Assembly (NCBI GenBank): GCA_964429945.1
Contig: CAYSDX010000114.1
Span: forward strand, 2,316-66,315
Origin: an uncultured Spirochaetia bacterium
Lineage (GTDB): Bacteria > Desulfobacterota_D > UBA1144 > Nemesobacterales > Nemesobacteraceae
Direction of reading: 5' to 3'
Length of the DNA: 64,000 bases
The position numbers were made by a program, and so were the translations under genes. Shown in pieces: positions 8,932 to 18,072 of the stretch. The number at the start of each line of letters is the position of its first letter. Position 1 is the first letter of the stretch. The notes under the pieces are model-generated. The model was not told the origin of the DNA. It saw only the letters and a list, made by a program, of their open reading frames with translations, and did not search any database.

Positions 8932-10518
8932 TCAGCCGCCTAGCTCGTCTTTTAGGATCTTGTAGTCTATGCTGTCGACAAGGGCTTTCCAGCTTGCTTC
9001 CACTATGTTGTCTGAAACCCCCACGGTGCTCCACGTATTCTCCCCGTCTCCAGATTCGACAAGCACCCTCACAACGGAATCCGTTCCGCCCGCCCTCGAC
9101 ACGACCCTTACCCTGTAGTCCAGCAGCCGCAGGGTCTTCAGCCCGGGGAAGAATTTCTCAAGCGATTTCCGAAGCGCCCCGTCTATCGCGTTTACGGGAC
9201 CGGTTCCTCTTGCCACCGTGTATTCCGTAACGCCGTTTACCTGCACCTCTGCGGTCGCTTCTGAGAGCGGTTCTTCGTCTTCCTCTCTCTTCTCGACCAG
9301 CGTCCTGGTGTTCTTGAGATAGAACCGCTTTTTGTAGGTTCCCAGGGTCTTTCTCACGAGCAGCTCAAAAGACGCGTCCGCCCCCTCGAATTCGTAACCC
9401 TGATTCTCAAGAACCTTAAGCTCGTTCAGTACATCCAGGATCCTCTCGTCCTTGGGGTCTATTTCCACTCCCAGTTCCTGGGCCTTGTAGGCTATGTTTG
9501 CCCGGCCGGAGAGGTCCGAGACCAGCACCCGCCTCCTGTTTCCTACGCTCTGGGGCTCCACGTGCTCGTAGGTGTCGGAATTCTTCATTACGGCGCTTAC
9601 GTGAATTCCCCCTTTGTGCGCGAAGGCGCTTTCACCGACGAACGCCTGCTTTTTAAGAGGGGGGAGGTTGGTGAGCTCATGGATGAAATGCGACACGGAA
9701 TAGAGTTTTCTCAGGTTTCGCTTGGAAAGGGACTTCATCCCGAGCTTAAGAGCTATATTGGGGATTATGGCGCAGAGATTGGCGTTCCCGCACCGCTCCC
9801 CGTAGCCGTTCATGGTTCCCTGTACCTGGGAGGCTCCCTCTCTTACCGCGTAAAGCGTGTTCGCGACCCCGACCTCGCTGTCGTTATGGGTATGTATTCC
9901 CAGGCTAGGGTTATCGAACATGCCGTTGACTTCCCTTATGGCGCCTTCGATATCCCACGGCATCGAGCCGCCGTTTGTGTCGCAGAGAACTACAGTGTCG
10001 ACCCCCGCTTCATAGGCGGTCTCAAGAACTTTTGCCGAGTACTCGGAGTTTTTCTTCCAGCCGTCAAAAAAATGCTCGGCGTCGAAAAACACCTTGTCCA
10101 CGTGGCGCTTTAAGTACTCGATCGAGTCGTGTACGAGCTCCAGGTTCTCTTCAAGCTCTATTTTAAGAGCCTCTGTGACCTGGAAATCCCAGCTTTTTCC
10201 GACGATCGTCACGACGGGGGTCTCAGCCTGCAGAAGAGCCTGGATGCTGGAGTCCTCCTCGCAGGTTTTCCTTGCGCGCCTTGTGCTCCCGAAAGCCGCC
10301 ACGCTCGCGTTTTTAAGCCCCAGTTTCTTGGCTTCTTCGAAGTACCCCTTGTCCCTTTCGTTGGAACCCGGCCATCCTCCCTCGATGTAATGCACCCCGA
10401 GGTCGTCAAGCCTCTTGGTTATACGGATCTTGTCGTGTATGGAAAAGGATATGTTTTCCCCCTGGGTTCCATCACGCAGGGTCACGTCGTATATTTCAAC
10501 GGTCCTTGATTTACTCAT
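8932..10518 (-). CDS. cimA: (R)-citramalate synthase / 2-isopropylmalate synthase family
   Basis: DVTLRDGTQ...IEGGWPGSN HMGL-like barrel with a LeuA-dimer-like C-terminus. 528 aa from ATG 10518, which overlaps the lysC stop in ATGAGTAA. Confidence 0.72.
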   Translation of the reverse strand: MSKSRTVEIYDVTLRDGTQGENISFSIHDKIRITKRLDDLGVHYIEGGWPGSNERDKGYFEEAKKLGLKNASVAAFGSTRRARKTCEEDSSIQALLQAETPVVTIVGKSWDFQVTEALKIELEENLELVHDSIEYLKRHVDKVFFDAEHFFDGWKKNSEYSAKVLETAYEAGVDTVVLCDTNGGSMPWDIEGAIREVNGMFDNPSLGIHTHNDSEVGVANTLYAVREGASQVQGTMNGYGERCGNANLCAIIPNIALKLGMKSLSKRNLRKLYSVSHFIHELTNLPPLKKQAFVGESAFAHKGGIHVSAVMKNSDTYEHVEPQSVGNRRRVLVSDLSGRANIAYKAQELGVEIDPKDERILDVLNELKVLENQGYEFEGADASFELLVRKTLGTYKKRFYLKNTRTLVEKREEDEEPLSEATAEVQVNGVTEYTVARGTGPVNAIDGALRKSLEKFFPGLKTLRLLDYRVRVVSRAGGTDSVVRVLVESGDGENTWSTVGVSDNIVEASWKALVDSIDYKILKDELGG

Positions 10519-11749
10519 CGGTTTTTCCAAGATTAAAAGCGTCGTGGAGAGTTCTAACGGCGTTCTCCGTATCTTTTTCCTCAAGCACGCATGAGATTTT
10601 TATTTCCGAAGTGCTTATCATCATAATGTTAATCCCCTCGCTTGCAAGCGCCCGGAACATGCGCGACGCCACTCCCGAATGGGTTTTCATCCCGACTCCC
10701 ACCAGGGAGACCTTGGCGATAAGGTTGTCTGAGAGCACCTGCTTTCCCCCGAGTTCCTGGGTCATTTTCTCCGAGAGCTCTATTGATTTTTTAAAATCCG
10801 ACTTGGGGACCGTGAACGTGAGGTCGGTAAACCCCTCTGTGCTCACGTTCTGAACGATCATGTCGACCACTATGCTCTTGTCGGCAAGCGACGAGAAAAG
10901 CATCGCGGCTATGCCGGGCTGGTCGGGCACCTGCGTCACGGTGATTTTCGCCTGATCCCTGTCGTAGGTGACTCCCGATACGACAACATTTTCCATGGAT
11001 TCCATAACTTTTTCCTCATCCAGAACCCAGGTTCCCTCGTTTCCGGGCCTTGGAGTTGACTTAACATGTATAGGCACTTTAAATTTTTTTGCAAATTCAA
11101 CCGCGCGGGCCTGCAGCACTTTCGATCCCAAAGACGCCATCTCGAGCATTTCGTCATAGGAGATCCGGCTGAGTTTTCTTGCGTCGGGACAGATCCCGGG
11201 GTCCGTGGTGTATACACCGTCAACGTCGTCTTTGTAGAGTTCGCACGCGTCGGCGCCCATTACCGCCGCGAGAGCCACCGCGGTGAGGTCTGAGCCTCCC
11301 CGCCCGAGCGTTGTGAGATTGCCGTCCGCGTCGACTCCCTGGAATCCTGCTATAACGATTGCCTTTTTCTCCCCGAGAGCGAGACGGATGTTCCTGTCGT
11401 CAATCGATTTTATCTTAGCCTTCGAGTAAATGTTGTCCGTAGTGATCCTTATCTGGTGTCCCTGGAACGATATCGCGTCCTCGCCGAGCGATTTTATCGT
11501 CATCGCCAGAAGGCCGGAAGAGACCTGTTCCCCGCTTGAGGTTATCACGTCAAACTCCCTTTCATCTGGGGGGTCCATGATTTCCTTTGCGAGGCCGACC
11601 AGCCTGTCGGTTTCGCCCGCCATGGCGGAAACCACCGCTATAACCTCGTTTTTCTGCTTTTTCGTAGCTACTATATGCTCGGCCACGCGTCTTATCTTTT
11701 CGATGCTAGCAACGCTTGTTCCGCCGTATTTCTGAACGACAAGAGCCAT
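10511..11749 (-). CDS. lysC: Aspartate kinase
   Basis: MALVVQKYGGTSV kinase N-terminus with two ACT-like C-terminal repeats; 412 aa. Confidence 0.93.
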   Translation of the reverse strand: MALVVQKYGGTSVASIEKIRRVAEHIVATKKQKNEVIAVVSAMAGETDRLVGLAKEIMDPPDEREFDVITSSGEQVSSGLLAMTIKSLGEDAISFQGHQIRITTDNIYSKAKIKSIDDRNIRLALGEKKAIVIAGFQGVDADGNLTTLGRGGSDLTAVALAAVMGADACELYKDDVDGVYTTDPGICPDARKLSRISYDEMLEMASLGSKVLQARAVEFAKKFKVPIHVKSTPRPGNEGTWVLDEEKVMESMENVVVSGVTYDRDQAKITVTQVPDQPGIAAMLFSSLADKSIVVDMIVQNVSTEGFTDLTFTVPKSDFKKSIELSEKMTQELGGKQVLSDNLIAKVSLVGVGMKTHSGVASRMFRALASEGINIMMISTSEIKISCVLEEKDTENAVRTLHDAFNLGKTDE

Positions 11750-12186
11750 TGTCCCTCACCTGTCACCTTTATTGTTCTCGATTCCGAAGCCGCCTCGGGC
11801 TTCGATTGGATATCAATTATAACAGCGTTTTCCGGTAATACATCCCGGATCTTGTCCGCCCATTCAACGACGGAGATGCCGTCTCCGTAAAAAAATTCCT
11901 CATAGCCCGTACCCTCGAATTCGGCACCGCCCGAGAGCCTGTAGGCGTCGAAATGAAAAAGGGGCACCTTGCCTTCATAGCAGTTCATTATGACGAAGGT
12001 GGGGCTGTTGGGCTCCTGCGTTATTCCGAGGCCTCGGGCGAGACCCTTGGCGAAAACCGTTTTCCCCGCGCCCAGATCTCCCGTGAGACCTACGATCGAG
12101 CCTCGGGGGATCAGCTTCCCCATTATCTCGCCGCAAAGCATGGTCTCTTCAGGTTTGCCGACTTCTAGGAGGAATCCATGTTCCAT
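11692..12186 (-). CDS. tsaE: tRNA t6A biosynthesis ATPase TsaE (YjeE)
   Basis: Walker A GDLGAGKT, SPTF and FHFDAYRL motifs. Confidence 0.88.
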   Translation of the reverse strand: MEHGFLLEVGKPEETMLCGEIMGKLIPRGSIVGLTGDLGAGKTVFAKGLARGLGITQEPNSPTFVIMNCYEGKVPLFHFDAYRLSGGAEFEGTGYEEFFYGDGISVVEWADKIRDVLPENAVIIDIQSKPEAASESRTIKVTGEGQWLLSFRNTAEQALLASKR

Positions 12187-12191
12187 TGGGC

Positions 12192-13748
12192 TTATCTTAC
12201 CGTAGTGAAGTGCTTTTCTTCCGTGGATGAAATTATGGAATTTATCGAAGCGGGGATTTTACGCGATATTTCAGAGGCGGTAAAGCCCGCGGCGCCCGTT
12301 CCCTCTAGAAGAAGGTCAGCCGCGTGGCCGTGGAGAAAAACGCCGAGAAGGCAGGACTCAAGACAGTCGTATCCCTGAGCCGCGAGCCCCCCGATTATTC
12401 CCGTAAGCACGTCTCCGGTTCCCGCGGTGGCCATGGCGGAGTTCCCCGTAGGGTTTATGAACACCTCTCCCGCGGGAGTGGATACGACGGTTCTTGCGCC
12501 TTTTAAGACGACGTAGCAGCCGTATTTCTCGGAGAACCGGGTCGCGGTCCCGACGCGGTCATCCTGCACCTGTTTTGTTCCCGTGCCGCAGAGCCTGGCC
12601 ATTTCCCCGGGATGCGGAGTTATTACCGCGGGAACTTTTGTTTTCCTCAGAATCTCCGGGTTCTTTGAAATTATGTTAAGCGCGTCGGCGTCGAGAACCA
12701 CGGGCACTTCGCATTGCGTTATCACCTTTTCAAGGAATTTTCCCGCGCTTTTGGAGGTCGATATTCCGGGGCCGAGGGCAAGTGCCGTTTTTTTCCCGTC
12801 AAGCTCCCGGAGCGCTTCCTTGTGGGCGTCTGAGTGGAAAGTTCCGTCTTTTGAGTCCTTAAGTGAAACTGACATTACCTCCGTTGTCTTTTCCTCGACG
12901 GCGGGAGATATGCTGTTTGGAACCCCCAGGGTAACGAGTCCGCTTCCCGTCCGAAGCGCCGCCTCGGCGCAGAGAATCGCGGCTCCGCTTTTTCCGGGAG
13001 AACCCGCGAGCACAAGAAGATGACCGTAGGTTCCCTTGTGGGAATCTGCTGCCCTTCTTTTTATCAACCCCGCGGATTTTCGAAACGTGAGAAGTTCAAA
13101 GGGAATATCTTCCTCAAGCAGCTTGGGGATAGTTATATCTGCCACGCAGAGCTTTCCCGCGTAATCAACGCCGGGATAAATGCACATTCCGAGCTTAGGT
13201 GGGGCGAAAGTGACGGTCATATCTGCTCGCACGGCTGCTCCCATGGGCTGCCCCGTGTCGGCGTCAAGTCCGGAGGGTATGTCAACGGAAACGCACGGGA
13301 CGCTCCGGCGGTTTATGAATTTTATGAGTCTCTCGTAGAATCCTCCCACCTCCCTGTCAAGTCCGGTGCCGAAGATGGCGTCAATTATGACGTCCGTGTC
13401 CTTTATCCTGGGGAGTTTCCCTCCAAGTTCCCTTACGTCCGCATCGATCTCGAGAAGAGAGTCGAGGTTTGTTTTCGCATCCCCCTTGTAGCGCTGTTTC
13501 TTCTGGACGATGTGGATGCTTATGTCATTTCCCGAGGAAATAAGATGGCGGGCGATCACGAAGCCGTCCCCCGCGTTGTTTCCGGCGCCGCAGATAACCG
13601 CTATTTTCTTTGCTGAGGAATACTCGGCCAGGATGGCGGACGCCACGGCTCTTCCGGCGTTTTCCATAAGCACGACGCCCGGAACTCCGAATTCCTCAAT
13701 GGTCCTTCGGTCTATTTCCCTTGAGATCTGCTTGGTTGAGAGCTTCAT
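12192..13748 (-). CDS. nnr: Bifunctional NAD(P)H-hydrate repair enzyme (epimerase/ADP-dependent dehydratase)
   Basis: YjeF_N domain (CGAGNNAGDG) followed by a carbohydrate-kinase-like domain (LGPG..., ATAGTGDVLTG). Confidence 0.9.
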   Translation of the reverse strand: MKLSTKQISREIDRRTIEEFGVPGVVLMENAGRAVASAILAEYSSAKKIAVICGAGNNAGDGFVIARHLISSGNDISIHIVQKKQRYKGDAKTNLDSLLEIDADVRELGGKLPRIKDTDVIIDAIFGTGLDREVGGFYERLIKFINRRSVPCVSVDIPSGLDADTGQPMGAAVRADMTVTFAPPKLGMCIYPGVDYAGKLCVADITIPKLLEEDIPFELLTFRKSAGLIKRRAADSHKGTYGHLLVLAGSPGKSGAAILCAEAALRTGSGLVTLGVPNSISPAVEEKTTEVMSVSLKDSKDGTFHSDAHKEALRELDGKKTALALGPGISTSKSAGKFLEKVITQCEVPVVLDADALNIISKNPEILRKTKVPAVITPHPGEMARLCGTGTKQVQDDRVGTATRFSEKYGCYVVLKGARTVVSTPAGEVFINPTGNSAMATAGTGDVLTGIIGGLAAQGYDCLESCLLGVFLHGHAADLLLEGTGAAGFTASEISRKIPASINSIISSTEEKHFTTVR

Positions 13749-13776
13749 GGTTTTCTGGGGATGGTGAAGGGATTTG

Positions 13777-14058
13777 CTATTTTCCCATACCGCCCGCCCC
13801 GGTGGGCCTTGTGTCTCCTAGTTCTTCTATGTGCGAACTGATGAATTCCTCTGCGTGATCAAAGCAGAAATAGTAGGAAAGAAGGGTACTGCCGCTCCGG
13901 TTGACTGTGATCAGCTGGTAGTGGCGGCTGCAGATATCCATCCCGCACTTTATGCACTGCTTGATATGGTTTCTCTCTCCCGAAAGTTCGCACTGTTCTC
14001 CACCAGGACTTACGTGATCGCACTGGTAGATTTCGACTTCTATTGTTTTTACCGACAA
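13777..14058 (-). CDS. Small Cys/His-rich hypothetical protein (possible zinc ribbon)
   Basis: 93 aa from a TTG start 9 nt after GGAGG. Cys/His pattern CDH..x8..C, CIKC, CSRH, CFDH. Confidence 0.55.
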   Translation of the reverse strand: MSVKTIEVEIYQCDHVSPGGEQCELSGERNHIKQCIKCGMDICSRHYQLITVNRSGSTLLSYYFCFDHAEEFISSHIEELGDTRPTGAGGMGK

Positions 14059-14089
14059 ATGCCTTTACCTCCCCTTGATTTCTACGTTA

Positions 14090-14119
14090 ATTATACAGTT
14101 TCGCCGGGTAGTTTTGTAA
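14090..14119 (-). promoter_or_regulatory. Candidate sigma70-type promoter of the Cys-rich small gene
   Basis: Minus strand reads TTACAA, 18-nt spacer, TATAAT, about 30 nt upstream of the TTG start. Confidence 0.4.
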
Positions 14120-14182
14120 CTGATTTATTTCCCCGGCCGGTTAGATGTTTAATCGTTGTGGTGATGAGATGGTGGCTATCAG

Positions 14183-14731
14183 CTATCCCAATAGACTGAG
14201 TTTCTCCAACATCCATTGCAGGTTACTATCGTACAGTGCTGCGCGTCGAATATCTTCAATTCCGAAACGTTTGTGCAGCTCTTCGGCGGATGCCGGCTTA
14301 CGATAGTTCTCCCAAAGTTTCTGCAGATTCCGCTTTGCCTTATCCGCCTTTAGAAACTGCTTTTCCCGGCCTACGTGGAGCCTCAGCAGCAGACCTTCAA
14401 AATTCGGTTTCAGGTAAACCAGTTTCAGGTTTTCCGAATTCGCTTTCGGTTCCGGGTCACGACCGGATTGTATGTCCTGTTGAAGCCGGTCGGAATCGAG
14501 CAGTATCAGTCCGTTTGAGAATTTACCTCTGGTCTGGATGCGTCTGCGGTACTCATAAACTGCGTGTTCGGTGACTGTAAGGCTGTCTCCGCCATTACTG
14601 ACAGCTATATCGAGGTGAAAGTTAACACCCTGTTCCTCGCAGAGGATTTTCAGCCACTTTGCGAGCGAACGCTCACTTTCGCCCTCGGCACCGACAAATA
14701 TGCGTTTTCGTTTAGGATGTCGCCGGACCAT
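14183..14731 (-). CDS. RloB-like (TOPRIM-like) small protein, partner of the upstream ATPase
   Basis: 182 aa with N-terminal IFVGAEGESE (conserved Glu), LILLDSD (DxD) and PNFEGLLLRLH resembling the RloB signature. The start is 3 nt after the ATPase stop (TGAcagATG). Confidence 0.6.
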   Translation of the reverse strand: MVRRHPKRKRIFVGAEGESERSLAKWLKILCEEQGVNFHLDIAVSNGGDSLTVTEHAVYEYRRRIQTRGKFSNGLILLDSDRLQQDIQSGRDPEPKANSENLKLVYLKPNFEGLLLRLHVGREKQFLKADKAKRNLQKLWENYRKPASAEELHKRFGIEDIRRAALYDSNLQWMLEKLSLLG

Positions 14732-14734
14732 CTG

Positions 14735-15970
14735 TCAGCCGAAAGTGGGCAATCCTCCCAAGGAGCCGCTACGGTACTGTTTCTGAAGGCTTCCGCCGCG
14801 ACGCAGGCCTTGAACATTGCGTAACCCGTATGCACGTGTAATGCCGCCGAGGTCCTTCTCGACTATGTACACTTCTTCCTTTTCCAGATCGTCAAGTATG
14901 GCTGGGTTATGTAACGAGCAGATCAACTGGGCATTATTCGGATTGGTTTCTTTCCTCCGGAACCAGTTGAGAATTTCCAGCACGAGTTCCGTGTGAAAGT
15001 CGGAGTCAAGCGAATCCATAATTGCCAGGCCTCCTGTTTCGAGAACAGAGTTAATCAGAGGGAACATTCGTGCCATGTTGCGCGCGCCCGCTGACTCGGC
15101 CTCAAGTACGACGGGTACGTCTAGTCCCTGGTGTTCGAAAATCATCATCCATTGGGCATCCGAAATTTGTGATATCTTCAGATTTTTAATTCCAAGGTCA
15201 AAACGTTGCAGCTTTTCGGAAACTTTGTTCGCAAGTTCGGGATCTTCTCTATATGCGCGAATTACCGCATCGGTGTCTGGGCGCCACGGGTCGGCGCCTA
15301 CAATATTGGTTGATATGTTACGAAGGTCCTGAGCCAACTTGGGAAAGGGTTCCACTCTCATTCTGTCAAAAGCTGAGATTGCCGAAGCTTCAGGCGTAAC
15401 GGCAGACAGACGGTTGTCACTTGGGCTCACCCTCAAATCCCTTGCCAAATAGATTGGCTTACCTAGCTCTCTCTCAAGCAGGCGCCGGGAGCGACCCTTG
15501 GGAAAGGAATAGATAGATTCGTATTTGACGCTGGGATTTGCGATGCTTGGATCGTTCCTGTCAACCTCAAGAACGTATCGGTAAAGAAAATCTGTATTAC
15601 TGAGCGCGGTGAAGTCAAAATCGCTTATGTTGGGACCAAACCACTTCGTGTCAATTTCCAATTCGATTCTTGTAGGGCGGTTTATCATTTCCTGCTCTAA
15701 AAACGGGATGAATGACTTGATCATGTTAGAGCCCGAATCATAATAGGAATTTGCGGCGAAAGACATGGTTGTGACCAAGGAACGCAACAGGGTTGTCTTT
15801 CCCGAGCCGTTGGGTCCGAACAGAGCGATTACGCTTGGAAGGCGGATTTCCGGGTGATGGAGATTCCTCCGGAAACAGTCTAGTTCAGGAGTTGTTCCGG
15901 GGATGCGGAAATCAAGCGATATTTCTTCCCTGATGGATTGGAAATTGGATACCTGAAATTTATGTATCAT
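14735..15970 (-). CDS. ABC-type (AAA_21/AAA_15-like) ATPase of a two-gene RloA/RloB- or AbiL-like module
   Basis: Walker A GPNGSGKTT, signature-like ESAGARN, Walker B LAIMDSLDSDFH, H-loop CSLHNP, C-terminal YRSGSLGGLP. Confidence 0.75.
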   Translation of the reverse strand: MIHKFQVSNFQSIREEISLDFRIPGTTPELDCFRRNLHHPEIRLPSVIALFGPNGSGKTTLLRSLVTTMSFAANSYYDSGSNMIKSFIPFLEQEMINRPTRIELEIDTKWFGPNISDFDFTALSNTDFLYRYVLEVDRNDPSIANPSVKYESIYSFPKGRSRRLLERELGKPIYLARDLRVSPSDNRLSAVTPEASAISAFDRMRVEPFPKLAQDLRNISTNIVGADPWRPDTDAVIRAYREDPELANKVSEKLQRFDLGIKNLKISQISDAQWMMIFEHQGLDVPVVLEAESAGARNMARMFPLINSVLETGGLAIMDSLDSDFHTELVLEILNWFRRKETNPNNAQLICSLHNPAILDDLEKEEVYIVEKDLGGITRAYGLRNVQGLRRGGSLQKQYRSGSLGGLPTFG

Positions 15971-16000
15971 AAGGCTATCCCTGCAAATATTTGTTATATA

Positions 16001-17772
16001 GTGTCTGCCAGAAAAGGTCTAACTCACTGAAATAAAACAAATAATCCTTGATTTTCTATGGTGAAGATTCTCCATATGTGGTAGAATTATACTTGAATTA
16101 TCAACATATTGAGACATTTCAAAGAATCTTCGGAGAATTCACCATGAGAAAGATAAAGAACCTTCAGCTCGAACTCGCGGGAACGCCGATTGAGAAGATA
16201 CGCTTCAATCCGAAATCCCGGGATGACATTCCGGCAATACTGACAGGACTGCAGTACATATACACGAATCCTGAGACAAGGGAGAAGCTGTTTTCCCTGC
16301 TTGAAGAGAAGTTTCTTCCCGAAGTTGATCTTCACACGGGCCGTCCCGGAATGGACATATGGAGGGTTGTAGTGCTCGGGGTGGTGAAGCGGGGGCTTGA
16401 CTGTGACTATGACCGACTGCACTCTCTTGCCAACAGTTACCTGGAATTGCGCCAGATGCTGGGTCACAGCGGTTACTCAGACAACTATGAGTACGGACTT
16501 CAGACAATAATAGACAACGTGTCGCTGCTGAGTCCGGAGTTATTGAAGGAGATAAACTCCATAGTGGTCGAAAGTGGGCACGCCGTCTCAAAAAAAAAGC
16601 CTGGAGAAGGATTGCGGGGGCGGTGTGATTCGTTTCCCGTCAAGACCGACGTGGAATATCCGACTGATGTGGGTCTGAGCTGGGATGCGACAAGATGCCT
16701 TGTCAGGGAGTGCGCGGAGGCGGCAAAGGCTAACGAGGTTGATGGCTGGCGTCAGCACAGGCATCTGATCGGCAGGACAGGGAAGCTTTACAATCTGGTA
16801 AGAACTAAGAAGAGAAGAGACAGGAATCCGGGCAGTCTGCAAGAGTATCTCTGTGTATGCGAGGATATGGTAAGCAGAGCGGACAGTCTTTTATGCGAGC
16901 TTGTGGCTGCGGGGGCGCCCGCGTGGCGGATTGAGAGGATAAATTACTATAAGCAGCACGCAATCCGTCAGGTTGACCAGGTACGCAGGCGTATTCTGTA
17001 CGGGGAAGTGATACCGCAGGAGGAAAAGGTGTTCTCGGTGTTTGAACCCCATACCAGGTGGATAGCGAAGGGGAAGGCGGGAGTGCCGGTGGAATTTGGA
17101 GTTCCCGTGTGCGTAGTGGAAGATCAGTACCAGTTCATTCTTAATCACAGGGTGATGTGGGAAGAGAGCGATGTGGATGTGTGCGTACCGATTATAGAGG
17201 AAACCACACGGATGTATCCGGAGTTTAAGGCGTGCAGTTTCGATCAGGGGTTTCACAGTCCGAACAACAGGAAGAGACTTGATGAGGCGCTTGAGGGGAA
17301 TTACCTGCCGAAGAAGGGGAAGCTTGGGAAAAAGGACAAGGAGAGACAGGGGTCTGAGGAGTTTACGGAAGCCAGAAGGCGGCATCCCGCAGTGGAGTCT
17401 GCGATAAACGGGTTGAATCACAAGGGATGTGACAAGGTAAGGGTTCACGGGAAGGAGGGGTTTGCGAGGAGCGTGGCTTTATCTGTGTTGGCGGCCAACA
17501 TATATCGCCTCGGGGTGCTTGTGAGAAACAGGGAGAGGGAGAAGGAGCGAAAAAGGCTCAAGCCTGGTTTCCTGGCAGCTGCTTAAGCAGCTTGGGAGCA
17601 GAAAGGGCAAGGGGTTTGGCAGACGGTAAAGGGGGAGTTTGTCCTGATATCGGAGAAAGTGGATAATTTAGTGGTGTTGTAAGGCATTCGGGTTTTGGAA
17701 GGAGTCGGAACTCCGATGCCGTCTGGGATTCTGCCAGAAAATCGACGGAGAAAGGGGTTTTCTGACAGGCAC
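16001..17772 (+). mobile_element. Insertion sequence (single DDE transposase, IS4/IS5-superfamily-like)
   Basis: Terminal inverted repeats GTGTCTGCCAGAAAA (16001-16015) and GTGCCTGTCAGAAAC (revcomp of 17758-17772) match at 12/15. TA lies on both flanks. Extra copies of the TCTGCCA(G/A)AA motif lie inside the right end. Confidence 0.75.
16144..17586 (+). CDS. DDE transposase (IS4/IS5 superfamily; possibly ISNCY/IS1182-like)
   Basis: 480 aa from ATG 16144. Contains FDQGFHS and a C-terminal RRHPAVESAINGLNHKG...VRVHG block typical of IS5-like transposases. Family assignment not verified. Confidence 0.75.
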   Translation: MRKIKNLQLELAGTPIEKIRFNPKSRDDIPAILTGLQYIYTNPETREKLFSLLEEKFLPEVDLHTGRPGMDIWRVVVLGVVKRGLDCDYDRLHSLANSYLELRQMLGHSGYSDNYEYGLQTIIDNVSLLSPELLKEINSIVVESGHAVSKKKPGEGLRGRCDSFPVKTDVEYPTDVGLSWDATRCLVRECAEAAKANEVDGWRQHRHLIGRTGKLYNLVRTKKRRDRNPGSLQEYLCVCEDMVSRADSLLCELVAAGAPAWRIERINYYKQHAIRQVDQVRRRILYGEVIPQEEKVFSVFEPHTRWIAKGKAGVPVEFGVPVCVVEDQYQFILNHRVMWEESDVDVCVPIIEETTRMYPEFKACSFDQGFHSPNNRKRLDEALEGNYLPKKGKLGKKDKERQGSEEFTEARRRHPAVESAINGLNHKGCDKVRVHGKEGFARSVALSVLAANIYRLGVLVRNREREKERKRLKPGFLAAA

Positions 17773-18072
17773 TAATTAGGACACTGGTGATGGTTCATTT
17801 CGTCTACCAGAGGTCAGGGAGTCTGAAGTTCGCAGAATTACAGAAGATCATGACGTTAAAGGATTCTACGAAGGGGAATACAAGAACTGTGACCTTGCCT
17901 TCTTGGAATATGATAAAGAAAAAGAGACGGATTTGCTAATTCTGTCAGGGATCATTCCTTCGCCCCTGTCTTGGAATTCTCAAGCAAAAGAGTAGAAACT
18001 CTAGCTAGTTAGTGTTACATTTTATAAGAAATGCGGCAATAAGAACGTTAAGACTAATAAGGAAGGAGAATC

